Shown: piece by piece, positions 47,515-62,673 of the stretch
Layout of the letters: each line of letters begins with the position of its first letter
Numbering within the stretch: position 1 is the stretch's first letter
Position numbers and translations under genes: made by a program
Notes under the pieces: generated by a model
The model's database searches: none
Told to the model about the DNA's origin: nothing
What the model saw: only the letters and a program-made list of their open reading frames with translations
Source: Steroidobacteraceae bacterium
GTDB taxonomy: Bacteria > Pseudomonadota > Gammaproteobacteria > Steroidobacterales > Steroidobacteraceae
Assembly (NCBI GenBank): GCA_044357085.1
Contig: JBIKVA010000001.1
Coordinates: 11,266 to 75,265, forward strand
DNA: 64,000 bases
Direction of reading: 5' to 3'

Positions 47515-48432
47515 TTACTCGTGCGCGGGACGCGCGTCGGGGACTCCTGTGAGACGCAATCTCTCGATCATGTCGTCCGCCTCGATGGCGCCATCGAGCG
47601 GACCGACGTGCACGCGGAACACGTTGCGTTCGCCGATGCGCGCCTCGCGGACGATCACATTGCGTATGCCGGCACCTGCGAGCCGCGTCACCATTGCCTC
47701 CGCGTTCAGCCGCGCCGCGAACGAGCCGGCCTGCAGGTAGCGCGAACTGATGCCGACTCCCGCCATCGTCGCGACGGCCGCGATCGGCGTGACCTGCGCG
47801 GTCGACGCCAGCGTCGACGCTGGCGTCGAGGGCGGCGTCGACGGCAGTTCCTCGCCGGGTTCGATGACGCGGATCTCCACCGGCGCGGTGCCTTTGCGGA
47901 TCATGTCGAGTTTCCAGGCCGCGGTGTAGGAGAGGTCGATGATGCGATCGCCCACGAAGGGACCGCGGTCATTGACGCGTACGACGACCGAACGGCCATT
48001 GTCGATATTGGTGACGCGGACGTAGGCGGGGATGGGCAGCGTCTTGTGCGCCGCGGTCATGGCGTACATGTCGTAGGGTTCGCCGCTCGAGGTGCGCTCG
48101 GCATGAAAACCCGGCCCGTACCAGGAGGCCGTGCCGCGCTCGAAGTGGCCGCGGGCGCTCGACTTGACGCGATAGGTTCGCCCGAACACCACGTAGGTTT
48201 CCGGGTTGCCGTAGCGGCTGCGCGGTTCCTTGCGTGGCACGGCGTCCGGGATCGCGTCGAGCCGTCGTGGCGGTTGCGGCGCATCGCTGGTCGGTTTCGC
48301 TGGCACGGGCAGCGGCTCGGGTGCGCGCCGCAGCGTGCCGCAACCCGACAGCAGCAGCGCGCCCAACGTGAGGAGGAGCGTGAGTCGCATCGCGGGAGCG
48401 GCGCGGTCTTGCGCGTGCACACCGACCGTCAC
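47515..48432 (-). CDS. rlpA: Septal ring lytic transglycosylase RlpA (DPBB + SPOR), lipoprotein
   Basis: GTASWYGPGFH...TSSGE.YD...AAHKTLP...V.V.NIDNGRSVVVRVNDRGPF and a C-terminal SPOR domain. The lipobox LLSGC suggests the real start is the ATG at 48390. The GTG at 48432 overlaps the mltB stop. Confidence 0.88.
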   Translation of the reverse strand: MTVGVHAQDRAAPAMRLTLLLTLGALLLSGCGTLRRAPEPLPVPAKPTSDAPQPPRRLDAIPDAVPRKEPRSRYGNPETYVVFGRTYRVKSSARGHFERGTASWYGPGFHAERTSSGEPYDMYAMTAAHKTLPIPAYVRVTNIDNGRSVVVRVNDRGPFVGDRIIDLSYTAAWKLDMIRKGTAPVEIRVIEPGEELPSTPPSTPASTLASTAQVTPIAAVATMAGVGISSRYLQAGSFAARLNAEAMVTRLAGAGIRNVIVREARIGERNVFRVHVGPLDGAIEADDMIERLRLTGVPDARPAHE

Positions 48433-49631
48433 GTCGCCGGTGCTCCATCGACGAGCGGCGGCGTCGCGCTGGGTGCGCGTGGCGCAGCCGGCGGCGGCGC
48501 CTCACCGGCCAGCGAAGCCGCGATGGCCGTCGCAAGATCGTGTACCGCCATCGCGTACAGGATGCTGCGGTTGTATCTCGTGATCACCTGGAAGTTTCGC
48601 AGGCCGACCCGGACGTTGCCCCTGTCGGGCAGTTCCGCCGGCAGCAGGATGACGCGGGTGTCGTCGGCAATCGATGTCGGCAGCGGCAGGCCGCGTCCCC
48701 GGGCACCGGCGGCCGTCTCCGAGAGTTCGAGATTGCGCGGATTGAGCGTAGGCATGACCGCTGCCATGGTCGTGGCATCGGCGGCCGGATCGAGCAGCAC
48801 CGGGGCATCCCGTTGCCAGCCGTGCTCCGCGAAATAGTTGGCAACGCTGCCGATGACGTCGTCCCAATCGTTGAAAAGATCGCGCCGAACATCGGTTGCG
48901 CCGTCGAGCGCGCCATTGACGGCGTAGCGACGGTAACTCGAGGGCATGAACTGCGGCGCCCCCATCGCGCCCGCGTAGGACCCGAGGGTGGCGAGCGGGT
49001 CGAGGGATTCTTCGCGCACCAGCAGCAGGAACTGTTCGAGTTCCGAGCGGAAGAACCTGCTGCGCGGGGGATAGTCGAAGCCCAGGGTCATCAGCGCATC
49101 GAGCACCCGCCACGAACCCTTGTTGCGGCCGTAGGACGTTTCGATGCCGATGATGGCCGCGATGTACGCCGCCGGCACACCGGTTTTCGCTTCTGCGGCG
49201 GCAAGGCGCGTCGCCTGGCTGCGCGAGAACTCGACGCCGCGCGCCACGCGCTCCGGCGACACCAGCCGCTCGCTGTATTGCCACCACTTGAGCACGCTCT
49301 CGGCCGGCCGCGTGATCGCCGCGATGATGCGCGGCTGGAACCTGCCCTCGGCCAGGATGCCGCGCAGTTCCTCGGCCGGGATGCCCTGTCTCGCGGCGAC
49401 CTCGTCGACGAAGCTGCGGATGTCCTCGCGGGCGAGATCGAAGGGTGCAGGCTCCGCGGGCAAGACGGCAGCCGGAGGCGCGGCGGGTGCGGGTGCCGGG
49501 GCGGCCGGCGCAACCACCGGCGCCGGTTCAGGTGCGGCTTTCTTTGGCGGTGCGGCGCATGCGCCGAGCGCGAGCAGCGTGATGGAGGCGGGGAGGATTG
49601 CGCGACGGCGCGTGCCGTTGACGGTGATCAT
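48429..49631 (-). CDS. mltB: Lytic murein transglycosylase B
   Basis: Last 400 codons of ORF 48429..51413: lipoprotein signal LLALGAC...IIGIETSYG...GAMGAPQFMPSSY. Confidence 0.88.
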   Translation of the reverse strand: MITVNGTRRRAILPASITLLALGACAAPPKKAAPEPAPVVAPAAPAPAPAAPPAAVLPAEPAPFDLAREDIRSFVDEVAARQGIPAEELRGILAEGRFQPRIIAAITRPAESVLKWWQYSERLVSPERVARGVEFSRSQATRLAAAEAKTGVPAAYIAAIIGIETSYGRNKGSWRVLDALMTLGFDYPPRSRFFRSELEQFLLLVREESLDPLATLGSYAGAMGAPQFMPSSYRRYAVNGALDGATDVRRDLFNDWDDVIGSVANYFAEHGWQRDAPVLLDPAADATTMAAVMPTLNPRNLELSETAAGARGRGLPLPTSIADDTRVILLPAELPDRGNVRVGLRNFQVITRYNRSILYAMAVHDLATAIAASLAGEAPPPAAPRAPSATPPLVDGAPAT

Positions 49632-50761
49632 CAGGCGGCGAGTTTCCGGTTCGCATGCAACGACATCAGCATACCGAAGCCCGCAAGCAGGGTCACCATG
49701 GATGTGCCGCCGTAGCTGACGAGAGGCAGCGGTACCCCCACCACCGGCAGCAGGCCGCTGACCATGCCCGCATTGATGAACACGTAGACGAAGAACGTCG
49801 CGGCGAGACTGCCGGAGAGCAGGCGGGCGAAGGTGTCGCGCATCTGTGCCGCGAGCCAGAGGGCGCGCAGGGTGACGAACACGTACAAGCCGAGCAGCAG
49901 CAGCGCGCCGAGGAGGCCGAGTTCCTCGCCGATCACCGCGAACACGAAGTCGGTCGCGCGTTCCGGCAGGAACTCGAGTTGTCCCTGCGTCCCCTGCAGG
50001 TACCCTTTGCCGAAAAGTCCGCCCGAACCGAGAGCGATGGTCGACTGGATGATGTGATACCCCGAACCCAGCGGGTCGGACTGCGGGTCGAGGAAAGTGA
50101 GCACGCGCTGCCGCTGGTAGTCGTGCAGGAACGACCATCCGACCGCTGCCGCGATGACGCCGCCGACGCCGAGCAGTGCGATGTAGCGGATTGCGAGGCC
50201 GGCGAGCAGCACGACGATGGATCCGGCGAGCATGATGAGCAGTCCCGTGCCGAGGTCGGGCTGCACGATGGTGAGCGCGGTGGGCACGAGGATCACTGCG
50301 GCGAGCAGCAGCAGGGTACGCGTGTCGGGCGGCAGCGGCCGCTCGCGCAGCAGCCACGCGCAAGTCATGGGCACGGCGATCTTCATGAGCTCGGAGGGCT
50401 GGAAGCGCACGATGCCGAGATCCAGCCAGCGTTGCGCCCCCTTGCCTATGTAGCCGATCGCATCGACGATGATGAGCAGCACGAGACCCGCCACGTACAA
50501 CCACGGCGAGAGTCTGCGCAGCATCCCGGGCCGCAGCTGCGCGAGAACCACCATCAGCATGGCACCGAGTCCCAGCCGTACGCAGCCGCGGAGCACCGCG
50601 TCCCAGTCGCCGCCGGAAGAACTGTAGAGCACGAATTGGCCGAAGAGCGCGATCGCCGCGAGACCTGCGAGCAGCGGGCCATCGAGCTGCAGCTTGCCGA
50701 GTATCTGCCGCGTGCGGGTGAGAGTGCGTTGCGTGGTGCCGTCGACGTTTTCGCGCAGCAT
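49631..50761 (-). CDS. mrdB: SEDS peptidoglycan glycosyltransferase RodA
   Basis: 376-aa polytopic protein: ...QPSELMK...DLGT...YQRQR...DPLGSGYH..QS.IA.GSGG..GKG. One-nt overlap with the mltB start. Confidence 0.92.
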   Translation of the reverse strand: MLRENVDGTTQRTLTRTRQILGKLQLDGPLLAGLAAIALFGQFVLYSSSGGDWDAVLRGCVRLGLGAMLMVVLAQLRPGMLRRLSPWLYVAGLVLLIIVDAIGYIGKGAQRWLDLGIVRFQPSELMKIAVPMTCAWLLRERPLPPDTRTLLLLAAVILVPTALTIVQPDLGTGLLIMLAGSIVVLLAGLAIRYIALLGVGGVIAAAVGWSFLHDYQRQRVLTFLDPQSDPLGSGYHIIQSTIALGSGGLFGKGYLQGTQGQLEFLPERATDFVFAVIGEELGLLGALLLLGLYVFVTLRALWLAAQMRDTFARLLSGSLAATFFVYVFINAGMVSGLLPVVGVPLPLVSYGGTSMVTLLAGFGMLMSLHANRKLAA

Positions 50762-50764
50762 GAT

Positions 50765-52720
50765 CTACTCCTGCGGTTCCGCGCCGGCAGGCGCGGTCGC
50801 ATTGGTCACCGAACCGTCTGCGGAAGCCGCCGCCTCCGCCGGTGGCGGGAATTTGCGCAGCAGGTAGGCGTCCATCACCGTGCGCGCGATGGGCGCCGCC
50901 GTGCCGCTGCCGCTGCGCCCGTTCTCGACGATCACCGCGATCGCTATCTTTGGTGCGTCGGCCGGCGCAAAGGCGATGAACCACGCATGATCGCGCAGCC
51001 GCTCGGCGATCGCCGACTCGTTGTAGCGTGCGTTCTGCGCGACGCTGAACACCTGTGCCGTGCCGGTCTTGCCGGCGATGGCATACGGCGCGCCGGCTGC
51101 GGCGCGGGTGGCGGTGCCGCCCTGCATGACCGCCAGCATGCCGTCGATCACGCGTTCCCAGTCCTCCGGCTTGCCTGCCTCGGGGGGCGGCAGCGGGCGT
51201 GGTGCGATCTCGGTGACCCGGCGCGTGGCGGGGTCGCGCAGGGCGCGTACCAGACGCGGCCGGAAGTTGCGCCCGCGCGTGGCGAGCACGGCGGTCATGT
51301 GGGCGAGCTGCAGCGGCGTGCTCGTCATGTATCCCTGGCCGATGCCGAAGATGACCGTCTCGCCGGGGAACCAGACCTGCTCGGATCTCTTGCGGAACGC
51401 CTGCTGCTTCCACTCCGGCGACGGCAGGATGCCCGACTTCTCGCCACCGACATCGATGCCGGTGGGTTCGCCGAGACCGAACTCGGCGAGGAAGTCGTGC
51501 AGGCGTCGCACGCCAATGCGGCTGGCCATGTCGTAGAAATAGGTATCGCAGGATTGCGCGATCGCGGTGCGCAGGTCGACCGCGCCGTGTCCACGCGGCT
51601 TCCAGTCACGAAAACGATGCCGGCTGCCCGGCAGCGAGAAGAACCCGGCGCAGTAATGCGGTTCGAGCGGGTTGGTCACGCCGTACGTCAGTCCGGCGAG
51701 CGCCACGACCGGTTTGACGGTGGAACCGGGCGGATAGGTGCCGCGCAGCGCGCGGTTGAACAGCGGCTGATCCGGGTCCTCGTTGAGGGCGCGGAACTCG
51801 GCACGGGTCAAGCCGCGCGCGAAACCGTTCGGATCGAAACCCGGCCGACTGACCATGGCGATGACGTCGCCGTTGTTCGGATCGAGCGCGACGATCGCCG
51901 CGCGCTCGCCGCGTACCGCGTCCTCGGCGACACGCTGCACCTCGAGATCGAGGGTCAGGACCAGGTCGGTGCCGGGCTCGCCGGGCTCTGCCGCGAGGTC
52001 GGCCTCCAGCGCGCCCGCCTTGTCGACCGAGCGGCCGCGGGCATTGACCATGATCTCGCGACGGCCGTTGCGGCCGCGCAGTGCATCCTCGAAGGCCGCC
52101 TCGACACCGACCTTGCCGATCGTCGAGGTGCCGGCGTACTGCTCGCGATCGATGCGTGCGAGATCGCGCTCGGAGATCGTGCCGACGTAGCCGAGCGCGT
52201 GCACCGCAAGCTCGCCGTACGGGTAGCTGCGCGCAAGCCGGGTGCGGATATCCACGCCCGGGAACTCGAAGCGGTTGACGGCGAAGCGGGCCATGTCCTC
52301 TTCGTCGAGGAAGAGCCGTATCGGCACGCTGTCGAAGGGTCGGCGCGAGCGCACGATGCGACGCAGATCGTCGATGTCGTCGGCATCGATGAGTCCGACA
52401 CGGGCGAGACCGCGCAGCGTTGCGTCGAGATCGGGGACTTCCTCGGGGACCAGCTCGAGCTGATAGGCGGGCTTGTTCTCGGCGACGATCACGCCGTTGC
52501 GGTCGTAGATGATGCCGCGCGGCGTGGGCTGCGGCTCGATGCGCACGCGATTTCCCTGGGCGAGCTCGGTGTAGTGCTCGTTGCGCACCAGCTGCAACCA
52601 AACGAGCCTGCCGAGCAAAACCACCGTGAGCAGGACGACGACCACCCCCGCGGCGATCGCGCGCTGCTCGAACAGGCGCTGCTCGCGCCAGAAATCCTTG
52701 ATGCGTCCGCGGATGCTCAT
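50765..52720 (-). CDS. mrdA: Penicillin-binding protein 2 (elongasome transpeptidase)
   Basis: 651 aa: RG.IYDRNG...STVKP (SxxK)...SCD (SxD, a variant of SxN)...KTGTAQ. Confidence 0.92.
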   Translation of the reverse strand: MSIRGRIKDFWREQRLFEQRAIAAGVVVVLLTVVLLGRLVWLQLVRNEHYTELAQGNRVRIEPQPTPRGIIYDRNGVIVAENKPAYQLELVPEEVPDLDATLRGLARVGLIDADDIDDLRRIVRSRRPFDSVPIRLFLDEEDMARFAVNRFEFPGVDIRTRLARSYPYGELAVHALGYVGTISERDLARIDREQYAGTSTIGKVGVEAAFEDALRGRNGRREIMVNARGRSVDKAGALEADLAAEPGEPGTDLVLTLDLEVQRVAEDAVRGERAAIVALDPNNGDVIAMVSRPGFDPNGFARGLTRAEFRALNEDPDQPLFNRALRGTYPPGSTVKPVVALAGLTYGVTNPLEPHYCAGFFSLPGSRHRFRDWKPRGHGAVDLRTAIAQSCDTYFYDMASRIGVRRLHDFLAEFGLGEPTGIDVGGEKSGILPSPEWKQQAFRKRSEQVWFPGETVIFGIGQGYMTSTPLQLAHMTAVLATRGRNFRPRLVRALRDPATRRVTEIAPRPLPPPEAGKPEDWERVIDGMLAVMQGGTATRAAAGAPYAIAGKTGTAQVFSVAQNARYNESAIAERLRDHAWFIAFAPADAPKIAIAVIVENGRSGSGTAAPIARTVMDAYLLRKFPPPAEAAASADGSVTNATAPAGAEPQE

Positions 52721-52748
52721 GCCGTGCTGGCTGCGCTGGCGCCGCCGC

Positions 52749-53221
52749 TCAGCGCCGCGCGCGGTTCTCGCTCGCCTGCCAGCCGGCCGTCAGCGGCCAG
52801 AGCAGCGCGCCCGTGACGACCGGCAGCCAACGCATCCAGCCGCCGGTCGCGTGGCCGGTCCAGCCGTCGATCGCCCAGGTGACGGCCTCGAAGACGAGCA
52901 GCAGCGCGGCTGCGAACAGCGCCTGTTCGAGCAGCGGCTTGGTGCGCACCTGCAGGTGCTGCCGGATGGCGATGTACGACACCAGTGCCAGCGCCAGCGC
53001 ATGCTGGCCGAAGACGGCGCCGCGATAGACGTCGAGCGCGAGCCCGACGAAGAAACCGAGCGTGATGCCGCCTGCGCGCGGCGCGATCAGCGACCAGAAG
53101 ATGACCGTGACGACGACGAACGGCGGCCGGATCGCACCCAGCCAGAAGGGCAAGGGCAGCACCTGCAGCACGAAGGCCGCGAGCGACGTCAGCACCATGC
53201 GACTGCGTACCGTGGCGGCGA

Positions 53222-53225
<4 letters not shown>
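52749..53225 (-). CDS. mreD: Rod shape-determining protein MreD
   Basis: 158-aa hydrophobic protein. Internal ATG of ORF 52749..53594; ATGA overlap with mreC. Confidence 0.85.
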
Positions 53226-55202
<1,977 letters not shown>

Positions 55203-55331
55203 CTAACAACCTGCGGGCCCTTCCACAAGGCAAGGATGATATGATCGCGCGCCCGGCGCGAGCCGGATTCCGTGCCGTTTCAACCTGCCCGAGCCAGGGC
55301 TTTCCCCGCCACGCAGCACCGGATCGTGACC

Positions 55332-55622
55332 ATGAGCCTCAACCGAGAAGCCATCGAAAACATTGCGCGCCTGGCGCGCCTCGAATTGACCGAGGCCGAG
55401 GTCCCGGTCTACGTCGACTCGCTCTCCAAGATCTTCGCCTTCGTCGGCGAACTCGAGCGCGCACCCACCGGCGGTATCGCGCCGATGGCGCACCCGCTGC
55501 CCGGGTTGGCGCAGCGCTTGCGTGCCGACGAAGTCACCGAAACCGACCGTCGTGACGAGTACCAGCGCAATGCGCCGCGTACCGAGGCCGGCCTCTACCT
55601 CGTGCCCAAGGTGATCGAATGA
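55332..55622 (+). CDS. gatC: Asp/Glu-tRNA(Asn/Gln) amidotransferase subunit C
   Basis: [23 protein letters not shown]... Internal ATG of ORF 55272..55622. Confidence 0.92.
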   Translation: MSLNREAIENIARLARLELTEAEVPVYVDSLSKIFAFVGELERAPTGGIAPMAHPLPGLAQRLRADEVTETDRRDEYQRNAPRTEAGLYLVPKVIE

Positions 55623-57079
55623 GCGCGCCGGCCGCCAGTGTTGCCGCGCTCGCGCGCGGACTCGCCGCGGGCGAGTACTCGAGCGTCGAGCTCACCCGCG
55701 CCTACCTGCAGCGCATCGCCGCCGCGCAGCCGGCACTGAACGCGTTCGTCACCGTGACCGGCGACGCCGCCCTCGAAGCCGCCGCGGCCGCCGATGCCGC
55801 GCGCGCCGCGGGACGTGCCGGAGCGCTCACCGGCGTGCCGATCGCCCACAAGGACATCTTCTGCACCGAGGGAGTGCTGACCACCTGCGGCTCGAAGATG
55901 CTCGCCAACTTCGTCTCCCCCTACGACGCCACGGTCGTCGCCGGGCTGCGTGCCGCCGGCACCGTCATGCTCGGCAAGCTCAACATGGACGAGTTCGCGA
56001 TGGGCTCGTCCAACGAGACGAGTTTCTTCGGTCCGGTCCGCAACCCCTGGAACACCGGCATGGTGCCGGGTGGGTCCTCCGGCGGTTCTGCGGCCGCGGT
56101 CGCGGCGCGCATCGTCCCGGCGGCGACGGCCACCGACACCGGCGGTTCGATCCGTCAGCCGGCGGCGCTCTGCGGCGTCACGGGCATCAAGCCGACCTAT
56201 GGGCGTTGCAGCCGCTACGGCATGATCGCCTTCGCCTCCAGTCTCGATCAGGCGGGGATCATCACCGTCAGCGCCGAGGATGCCGCGCTGCTGCTCGGGC
56301 CGATGTCGGGCTTCGACCCGCGCGACTCGACCAGCGTCGACTCGGCGGTGCCCGACTACACCGCAACTCTCGGCGACTCCCTCTCGGGGCTCACCATCGG
56401 CCTGGTGCGCGAATTCTTCGACAAGGGTCTCGATGCCGCCTGCGAGCAGCGCATCCGTGACGCCATCGCGGTCTATGAAAAGCTCGGCGCCAGGGTACGC
56501 GAGGTCAGTTGCCCGAACCTGCCGCTGTCGGTGCCAACCTATTACGTTGTCGCGCCTGCCGAGTGCTCTTCGAACCTCGCCAGGTTCGACGGCGTGCGCT
56601 TCGGACACCGCTGCGAATCGCCCAGGAACCTGCTCGACCTCTATTGCCGTTCGCGCGGCGAAGGCTTCGGTGCAGAGGTCAAGCGCCGCATCATGACCGG
56701 CACCTACGTGCTCTCCGCCGGCTATTACGACGCCTACTACCTCAAGGCACAGCAGGTGCGGCAGCTCATCAGCGCCGACTTCGCGCGCGCTTTTGGCGAG
56801 TGCGACCTGCTGCTCGGGCCGACCTCGCCGACGCCGGCCTTCGGCATCGGCGCCAAGAGCGACGATCCGATCACCATGTACCTCAACGACATCTACACCA
56901 TCGGCGCCAACCTCGCCGGCCTGCCGGGCATGTCGATCCCCTGCGGTTTCGTCGACGGTCTGCCGGTGGGGCTGCAGCTCGTCGGCCCGCATTTCTCCGA
57001 GGCGCGTATGCTCAATGCCGCGCATCGCTACCAGCAGGAAACCGACTGGCATCTCCGGGTGCCGGCGGCCTTCGCCTGA
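55619..57079 (+). CDS. gatA: Asp/Glu-tRNA(Asn/Gln) amidotransferase subunit A
   Basis: Amidase signature [13 protein letters not shown]...[11 protein letters not shown]. Confidence 0.95.
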   Translation: MSAPAASVAALARGLAAGEYSSVELTRAYLQRIAAAQPALNAFVTVTGDAALEAAAAADAARAAGRAGALTGVPIAHKDIFCTEGVLTTCGSKMLANFVSPYDATVVAGLRAAGTVMLGKLNMDEFAMGSSNETSFFGPVRNPWNTGMVPGGSSGGSAAAVAARIVPAATATDTGGSIRQPAALCGVTGIKPTYGRCSRYGMIAFASSLDQAGIITVSAEDAALLLGPMSGFDPRDSTSVDSAVPDYTATLGDSLSGLTIGLVREFFDKGLDAACEQRIRDAIAVYEKLGARVREVSCPNLPLSVPTYYVVAPAECSSNLARFDGVRFGHRCESPRNLLDLYCRSRGEGFGAEVKRRIMTGTYVLSAGYYDAYYLKAQQVRQLISADFARAFGECDLLLGPTSPTPAFGIGAKSDDPITMYLNDIYTIGANLAGLPGMSIPCGFVDGLPVGLQLVGPHFSEARMLNAAHRYQQETDWHLRVPAAFA

Positions 57080-57088
57080 GGATCCGCC

Positions 57089-58525
57089 ATGGAATGGGAA
57101 ACCGTCATCGGTCTCGAGATCCACGCGCAGCTCGCCACGCGTTCGAAGATCTTCTCCGGCTCCGCGACCGCCTACGGCGCGGCACCGAACACGCAGGCGA
57201 ACCTCGTCGACCTCGGCTATCCGGGCGTGCTGCCGGTGCTCAACGGCGAGGCCGTGCGCATGGCCGTGCGCTTCGGGCTCGCCATCGGTGCGAAGATCGC
57301 GCCGCACTCCGTGTTCGCGCGCAAGAACTACTTCTACCCCGACCTGCCCAAGGGCTACCAGATCAGCCAGTACGAACTGCCGATCGTCGCCCGCGGCACG
57401 CTCGACATCCTGCTCGAGGACGGCACCCGCAAGCGCATCGGCATCACCCGTGCCCACCTCGAAGAGGACGCCGGCAAGTCGTTGCACGAAGGCCTGCCCG
57501 GCGTGAGCGGCATCGACCTCAATCGTGCCGGCACGCCGCTCATCGAGATCGTCAGCGAGCCTGACCTGCGCTCCGCCAAGGAAGCCGTCGCGTACATGAA
57601 AAAGGTGCACACCCTGGTGCGCTACCTCGAGATCTGCGACGGCAACATGCAGGAAGGTTCGTTCCGCTGCGACGCCAACGTCTCGGTCCGTCCCAAGGGC
57701 AGCGACAAGTTCGGCACGCGCGCCGAGATCAAGAACCTCAACTCCTTCCGCTTCGTCGAGAAAGCCATCAACTACGAGGTCGGTCGGCAGATCGACTTGC
57801 TCGAGGGCGGCGGTCGGGTCGTGCAGGAGACGCGGCTCTACGATCCGGACAAGGGCGAGACGCGCTCGATGCGCTCCAAGGAAGAAGCCAACGATTACCG
57901 CTACTTCCCCGATCCCGACCTGCTGCCCGTGGTCATCGACGAGGCGTTCATCGGCACCGTCAGGGCCTCGCTGCCCGAGTTGCCCGACGACAAGGCGGCG
58001 CGCTTCGTGCGCGACTACGGTCTTTCCGAATACGACGCCGGCGTGCTCACCGCGAGCCGTGAGATGGGTGCGTTCTACGAAGACGTGGTACGCCGCGTGG
58101 GGCGCGACCCCAAGCTCTGCGCGAACTGGGTGATGGGAGACCTCGCGGCCTTCCTCAACAAGGACAATCTCGAGATCGGCGCCTCACGCGTCGATGCGGC
58201 GGCGCTTGCGGGGCTCGTGCTGCGCATTGCCGACGCCACCATCTCGGGCAAGATCGCCAAAGATGTTTTCGAGGCGATGTGGGCTTCGGGCGAGAGTGCC
58301 GACGCCATCATCGAGCAGAAAGGCCTGCGACAGATCACCGACACCGGTGCCATCGAGCGTGCCATCGAAGAAGTGATGGCGAAGAACCCCGGCCAGCTTG
58401 CCGATTACCGCTCCGGCAAGGACAAGCTGTTCGGCTTCTTCGTGGGTCAGGTCATGAAGACGACCGGCGGCAAGGCCAACCCCGCGCAACTCAACGAGCT
58501 TCTCAAGAAGAAGCTCGCCGGCTGA
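57089..58525 (+). CDS. gatB: Asp/Glu-tRNA(Asn/Gln) amidotransferase subunit B
   Basis: [13 protein letters not shown]...[16 protein letters not shown]...EEDAGK... Confidence 0.95.
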   Translation: MEWETVIGLEIHAQLATRSKIFSGSATAYGAAPNTQANLVDLGYPGVLPVLNGEAVRMAVRFGLAIGAKIAPHSVFARKNYFYPDLPKGYQISQYELPIVARGTLDILLEDGTRKRIGITRAHLEEDAGKSLHEGLPGVSGIDLNRAGTPLIEIVSEPDLRSAKEAVAYMKKVHTLVRYLEICDGNMQEGSFRCDANVSVRPKGSDKFGTRAEIKNLNSFRFVEKAINYEVGRQIDLLEGGGRVVQETRLYDPDKGETRSMRSKEEANDYRYFPDPDLLPVVIDEAFIGTVRASLPELPDDKAARFVRDYGLSEYDAGVLTASREMGAFYEDVVRRVGRDPKLCANWVMGDLAAFLNKDNLEIGASRVDAAALAGLVLRIADATISGKIAKDVFEAMWASGESADAIIEQKGLRQITDTGAIERAIEEVMAKNPGQLADYRSGKDKLFGFFVGQVMKTTGGKANPAQLNELLKKKLAG

Positions 58526-58552
58526 CGCCAGGCCGCCGGATCCGCGGAACGC

Positions 58553-59503
58553 ATGTCGCAGCCAGACAGCACCGGGTCGCCCCGACTCGACTTCGTCCAG
58601 CGTTTCGCCGTCGAACAGCAGCTGGTGCGCGGGCAGTTCGTGCGTCTGGGACCCGCGTGGCTGGCGCTGCGCGAACACGGCGACTATCCGGCGGCCGTGC
58701 GTCGGCTGCTCGGCGAGGCGGTCGCAGCTTCGGTGCTGCTTGCTTCCACGCTCAAGTTCCGCGGCGAACTGACGCTGCAACTGCAGGGCGACGGTGCGGT
58801 CCGGCTGCTGGTCGCGCAGTGCACCCACGACTTCCGCGTCCGTGCCGTGGCGCGCTTCGATCGTGCGCGGGTCGAGGCAGCCGCCGGCGATTTCGGCGCT
58901 CTGGCCGGGCAAGGCACCCTGGTGGTGACCGTCGAGGCCGACCGGCTCGCTTCGCGCTACCAGGGTGTCGTCCCCATCAGCGGCGGGTCGCTCGCCGCCT
59001 CGCTGGAACACTACTTTGCCACCTCGGAGCAGCTGCCGACCGGGATCGCGCTCGGCGCCGACGACTATGGTGCCGCGGGACTGCTGGTGCAGCGCATGCC
59101 CGACCACGGGGGCACTGCGGCAGCCACGGCCGGCGAGGCCGACCGCACCGTCGAGGCCGATCGCACTTTCGAGGCCGCGCGCACGGCGATCGGCGGCGTG
59201 CAGCAGGACGAGCTGCTGGCGCGACCGCCCGAAGAATTGATGCGCCGAAGTTTTGCCGGACTCGACCTGCGCGTGCACGAGTCGCAGCGGGTGGCTTTCC
59301 GCTGCCGCTGCAGCGCGGAGCGGGTCTCGGGCATGCTGCGTTCGCTCGGCGCAGCGGAGCTCGATGCCATCGTCGCCGAACAGGGTGCGGTCACGGTGAC
59401 CTGCGAGTTCTGCCACAAGCCGTGGCGCTTCGATGCCGTCGATGTCTCGCGCCTCTTCGGTGCCGCGGTCGACCAGTTGCCAGGCTCCGACGCGATCAAC
59501 TGA
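58553..59503 (+). CDS. hslO: Redox-regulated chaperone Hsp33
   Basis: C-terminal zinc centre CRCS...CEFC, preceded by the Hsp33 core. Confidence 0.88.
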   Translation: MSQPDSTGSPRLDFVQRFAVEQQLVRGQFVRLGPAWLALREHGDYPAAVRRLLGEAVAASVLLASTLKFRGELTLQLQGDGAVRLLVAQCTHDFRVRAVARFDRARVEAAAGDFGALAGQGTLVVTVEADRLASRYQGVVPISGGSLAASLEHYFATSEQLPTGIALGADDYGAAGLLVQRMPDHGGTAAATAGEADRTVEADRTFEAARTAIGGVQQDELLARPPEELMRRSFAGLDLRVHESQRVAFRCRCSAERVSGMLRSLGAAELDAIVAEQGAVTVTCEFCHKPWRFDAVDVSRLFGAAVDQLPGSDAIN

Positions 59504-59542
59504 GCCGCACGCCACTCGCCTGAATCAGCGGCCGCGGTGTCT

Positions 59543-60654
59543 TCAGCCGCGGTGCTCGCTGGCGAGGTACTCCTCGCTCTGCATCTCGATCAGTCGGCTG
59601 GCCGTGCGTTCGAACTCGAAGCGCAGGCGCTCGCCCTGATAGAGCTGCGTCGGCGCCGCGGCGGCAGACAGCACCAGCTTGACGCGGCGGTCGTAGAACT
59701 CGTCGACCAGCGCGATGAAGCGCCGGGCTGCATCTTCGCCCGCGCGGCTGAACACCGGCACGTCCGACACCAGCACGCTCTGGAACTCGCGCGCGATGCT
59801 GACGTAGTCGTTCTGGCTGCGCGGCCCCTCGCAGAGCGCCTTGAAATCGAACCACACCACGTTGTCGCAGACCCGCATCACCGGGATCCGCCTGCCCTCG
59901 ATGTCGAGGTGACCACCCGTGCTGCCGAGGCCATCGGCCAGGTCCTCGAAGATTTCGGTCAGCGCCGCGGCCGCCCGCTCGGAGTCGGCTTGCAGATAGA
60001 TCGGCATGCGCGTCAGGTGGCGCAGACGGTAGTCGGTGCTGCCATCGACGCAGACGAGATCGCAATGCCGCTCCAGCAGTGCGATCGCCGGCAGGAACCG
60101 CTGCCGCTGCAGGCCGTTGCGGTAGAGGCCCGAGGGCGGCACGTTCGAGGTGAACACCAGCGTGACACCGCGGTCGACGAGATGCGTGAACAGGCCGCCG
60201 AGCAGCATGGCATCGGCGATGTCGGTGACGAACAGTTCGTCGAGGCAGACCACGCGTGCTTCGGCGGCGATGTCGGCGGCGACCGCGACGAGCGGTTCGA
60301 CCTCGTTCCTGTGCCGGCCCAGGCCTTCGTGCACACCCTGCATGAAACGATGGAAATGGCTACGGCGCTTCGCCTTGAACGGCAGGCTCTCGAAGAAAAG
60401 ATCCATCAACCAGGTCTTGCCGCGACCCACGCTGCCCCAAAGATAGATGCCGCGCACGGCGGCGCCATGCCCGGGAGTGCCCGAAAAGCGCCGCATCAGC
60501 CGCGCAACCAGCGACACCTTCTCGGCCCGCACGAGATCGGCGCGCAGGCGGTCGAGATGGGAGACGGCCAGTCGCTGTGCGGGGTCCTCCGCGAAGCCCT
60601 GGGCCGCCAGCGTGGAGGCGTAGCGGAAGGCGAGCGCACCCGTCTCCGCTTCGC

Positions 60655-60658
<4 letters not shown>
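59543..60658 (-). CDS. zapE: Cell division protein ZapE (AFG1-like ATPase)
   Basis: Walker A GSVGRGKTWLMD, Walker B VVCLDELFVTD. TTG start overlaps the TGA of the upstream gene. The rest of ORF 59543..61879 is an out-of-frame overlap with the acetoacetyl-CoA synthetase gene. Confidence 0.85.
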
Positions 60659-62622
<1,964 letters not shown>

Positions 62623-62673
62623 GCGAGGCACGGCCAGGTCATGTGTGCTGCGAAGAACGCGGGTCGGCGTCTG

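Noticed and set aside
48429-51413. ORF-track entries that fuse a real gene with a long upstream extension: 48429..51413, 59543..61879, 11445..13685, 6615..8570, 5782..7326 and 52749..53594.
   Set aside because: The upstream parts overlap neighbouring genes out of frame and look non-protein-like. Internal starts give proteins with proper signal peptides or N-termini and classic ATGA/GTGA/TTGA start-stop overlaps, so I trimmed the ORFs to those starts.
59504-59560. Direct repeat GCCGCGGTG x2 and palindromic CCGCGG sites between the convergent hslO and zapE genes.
   Set aside because: It is short and GC-rich, so chance occurrence is likely. At most it is a weak convergent-gene hairpin, and there is no U tract.
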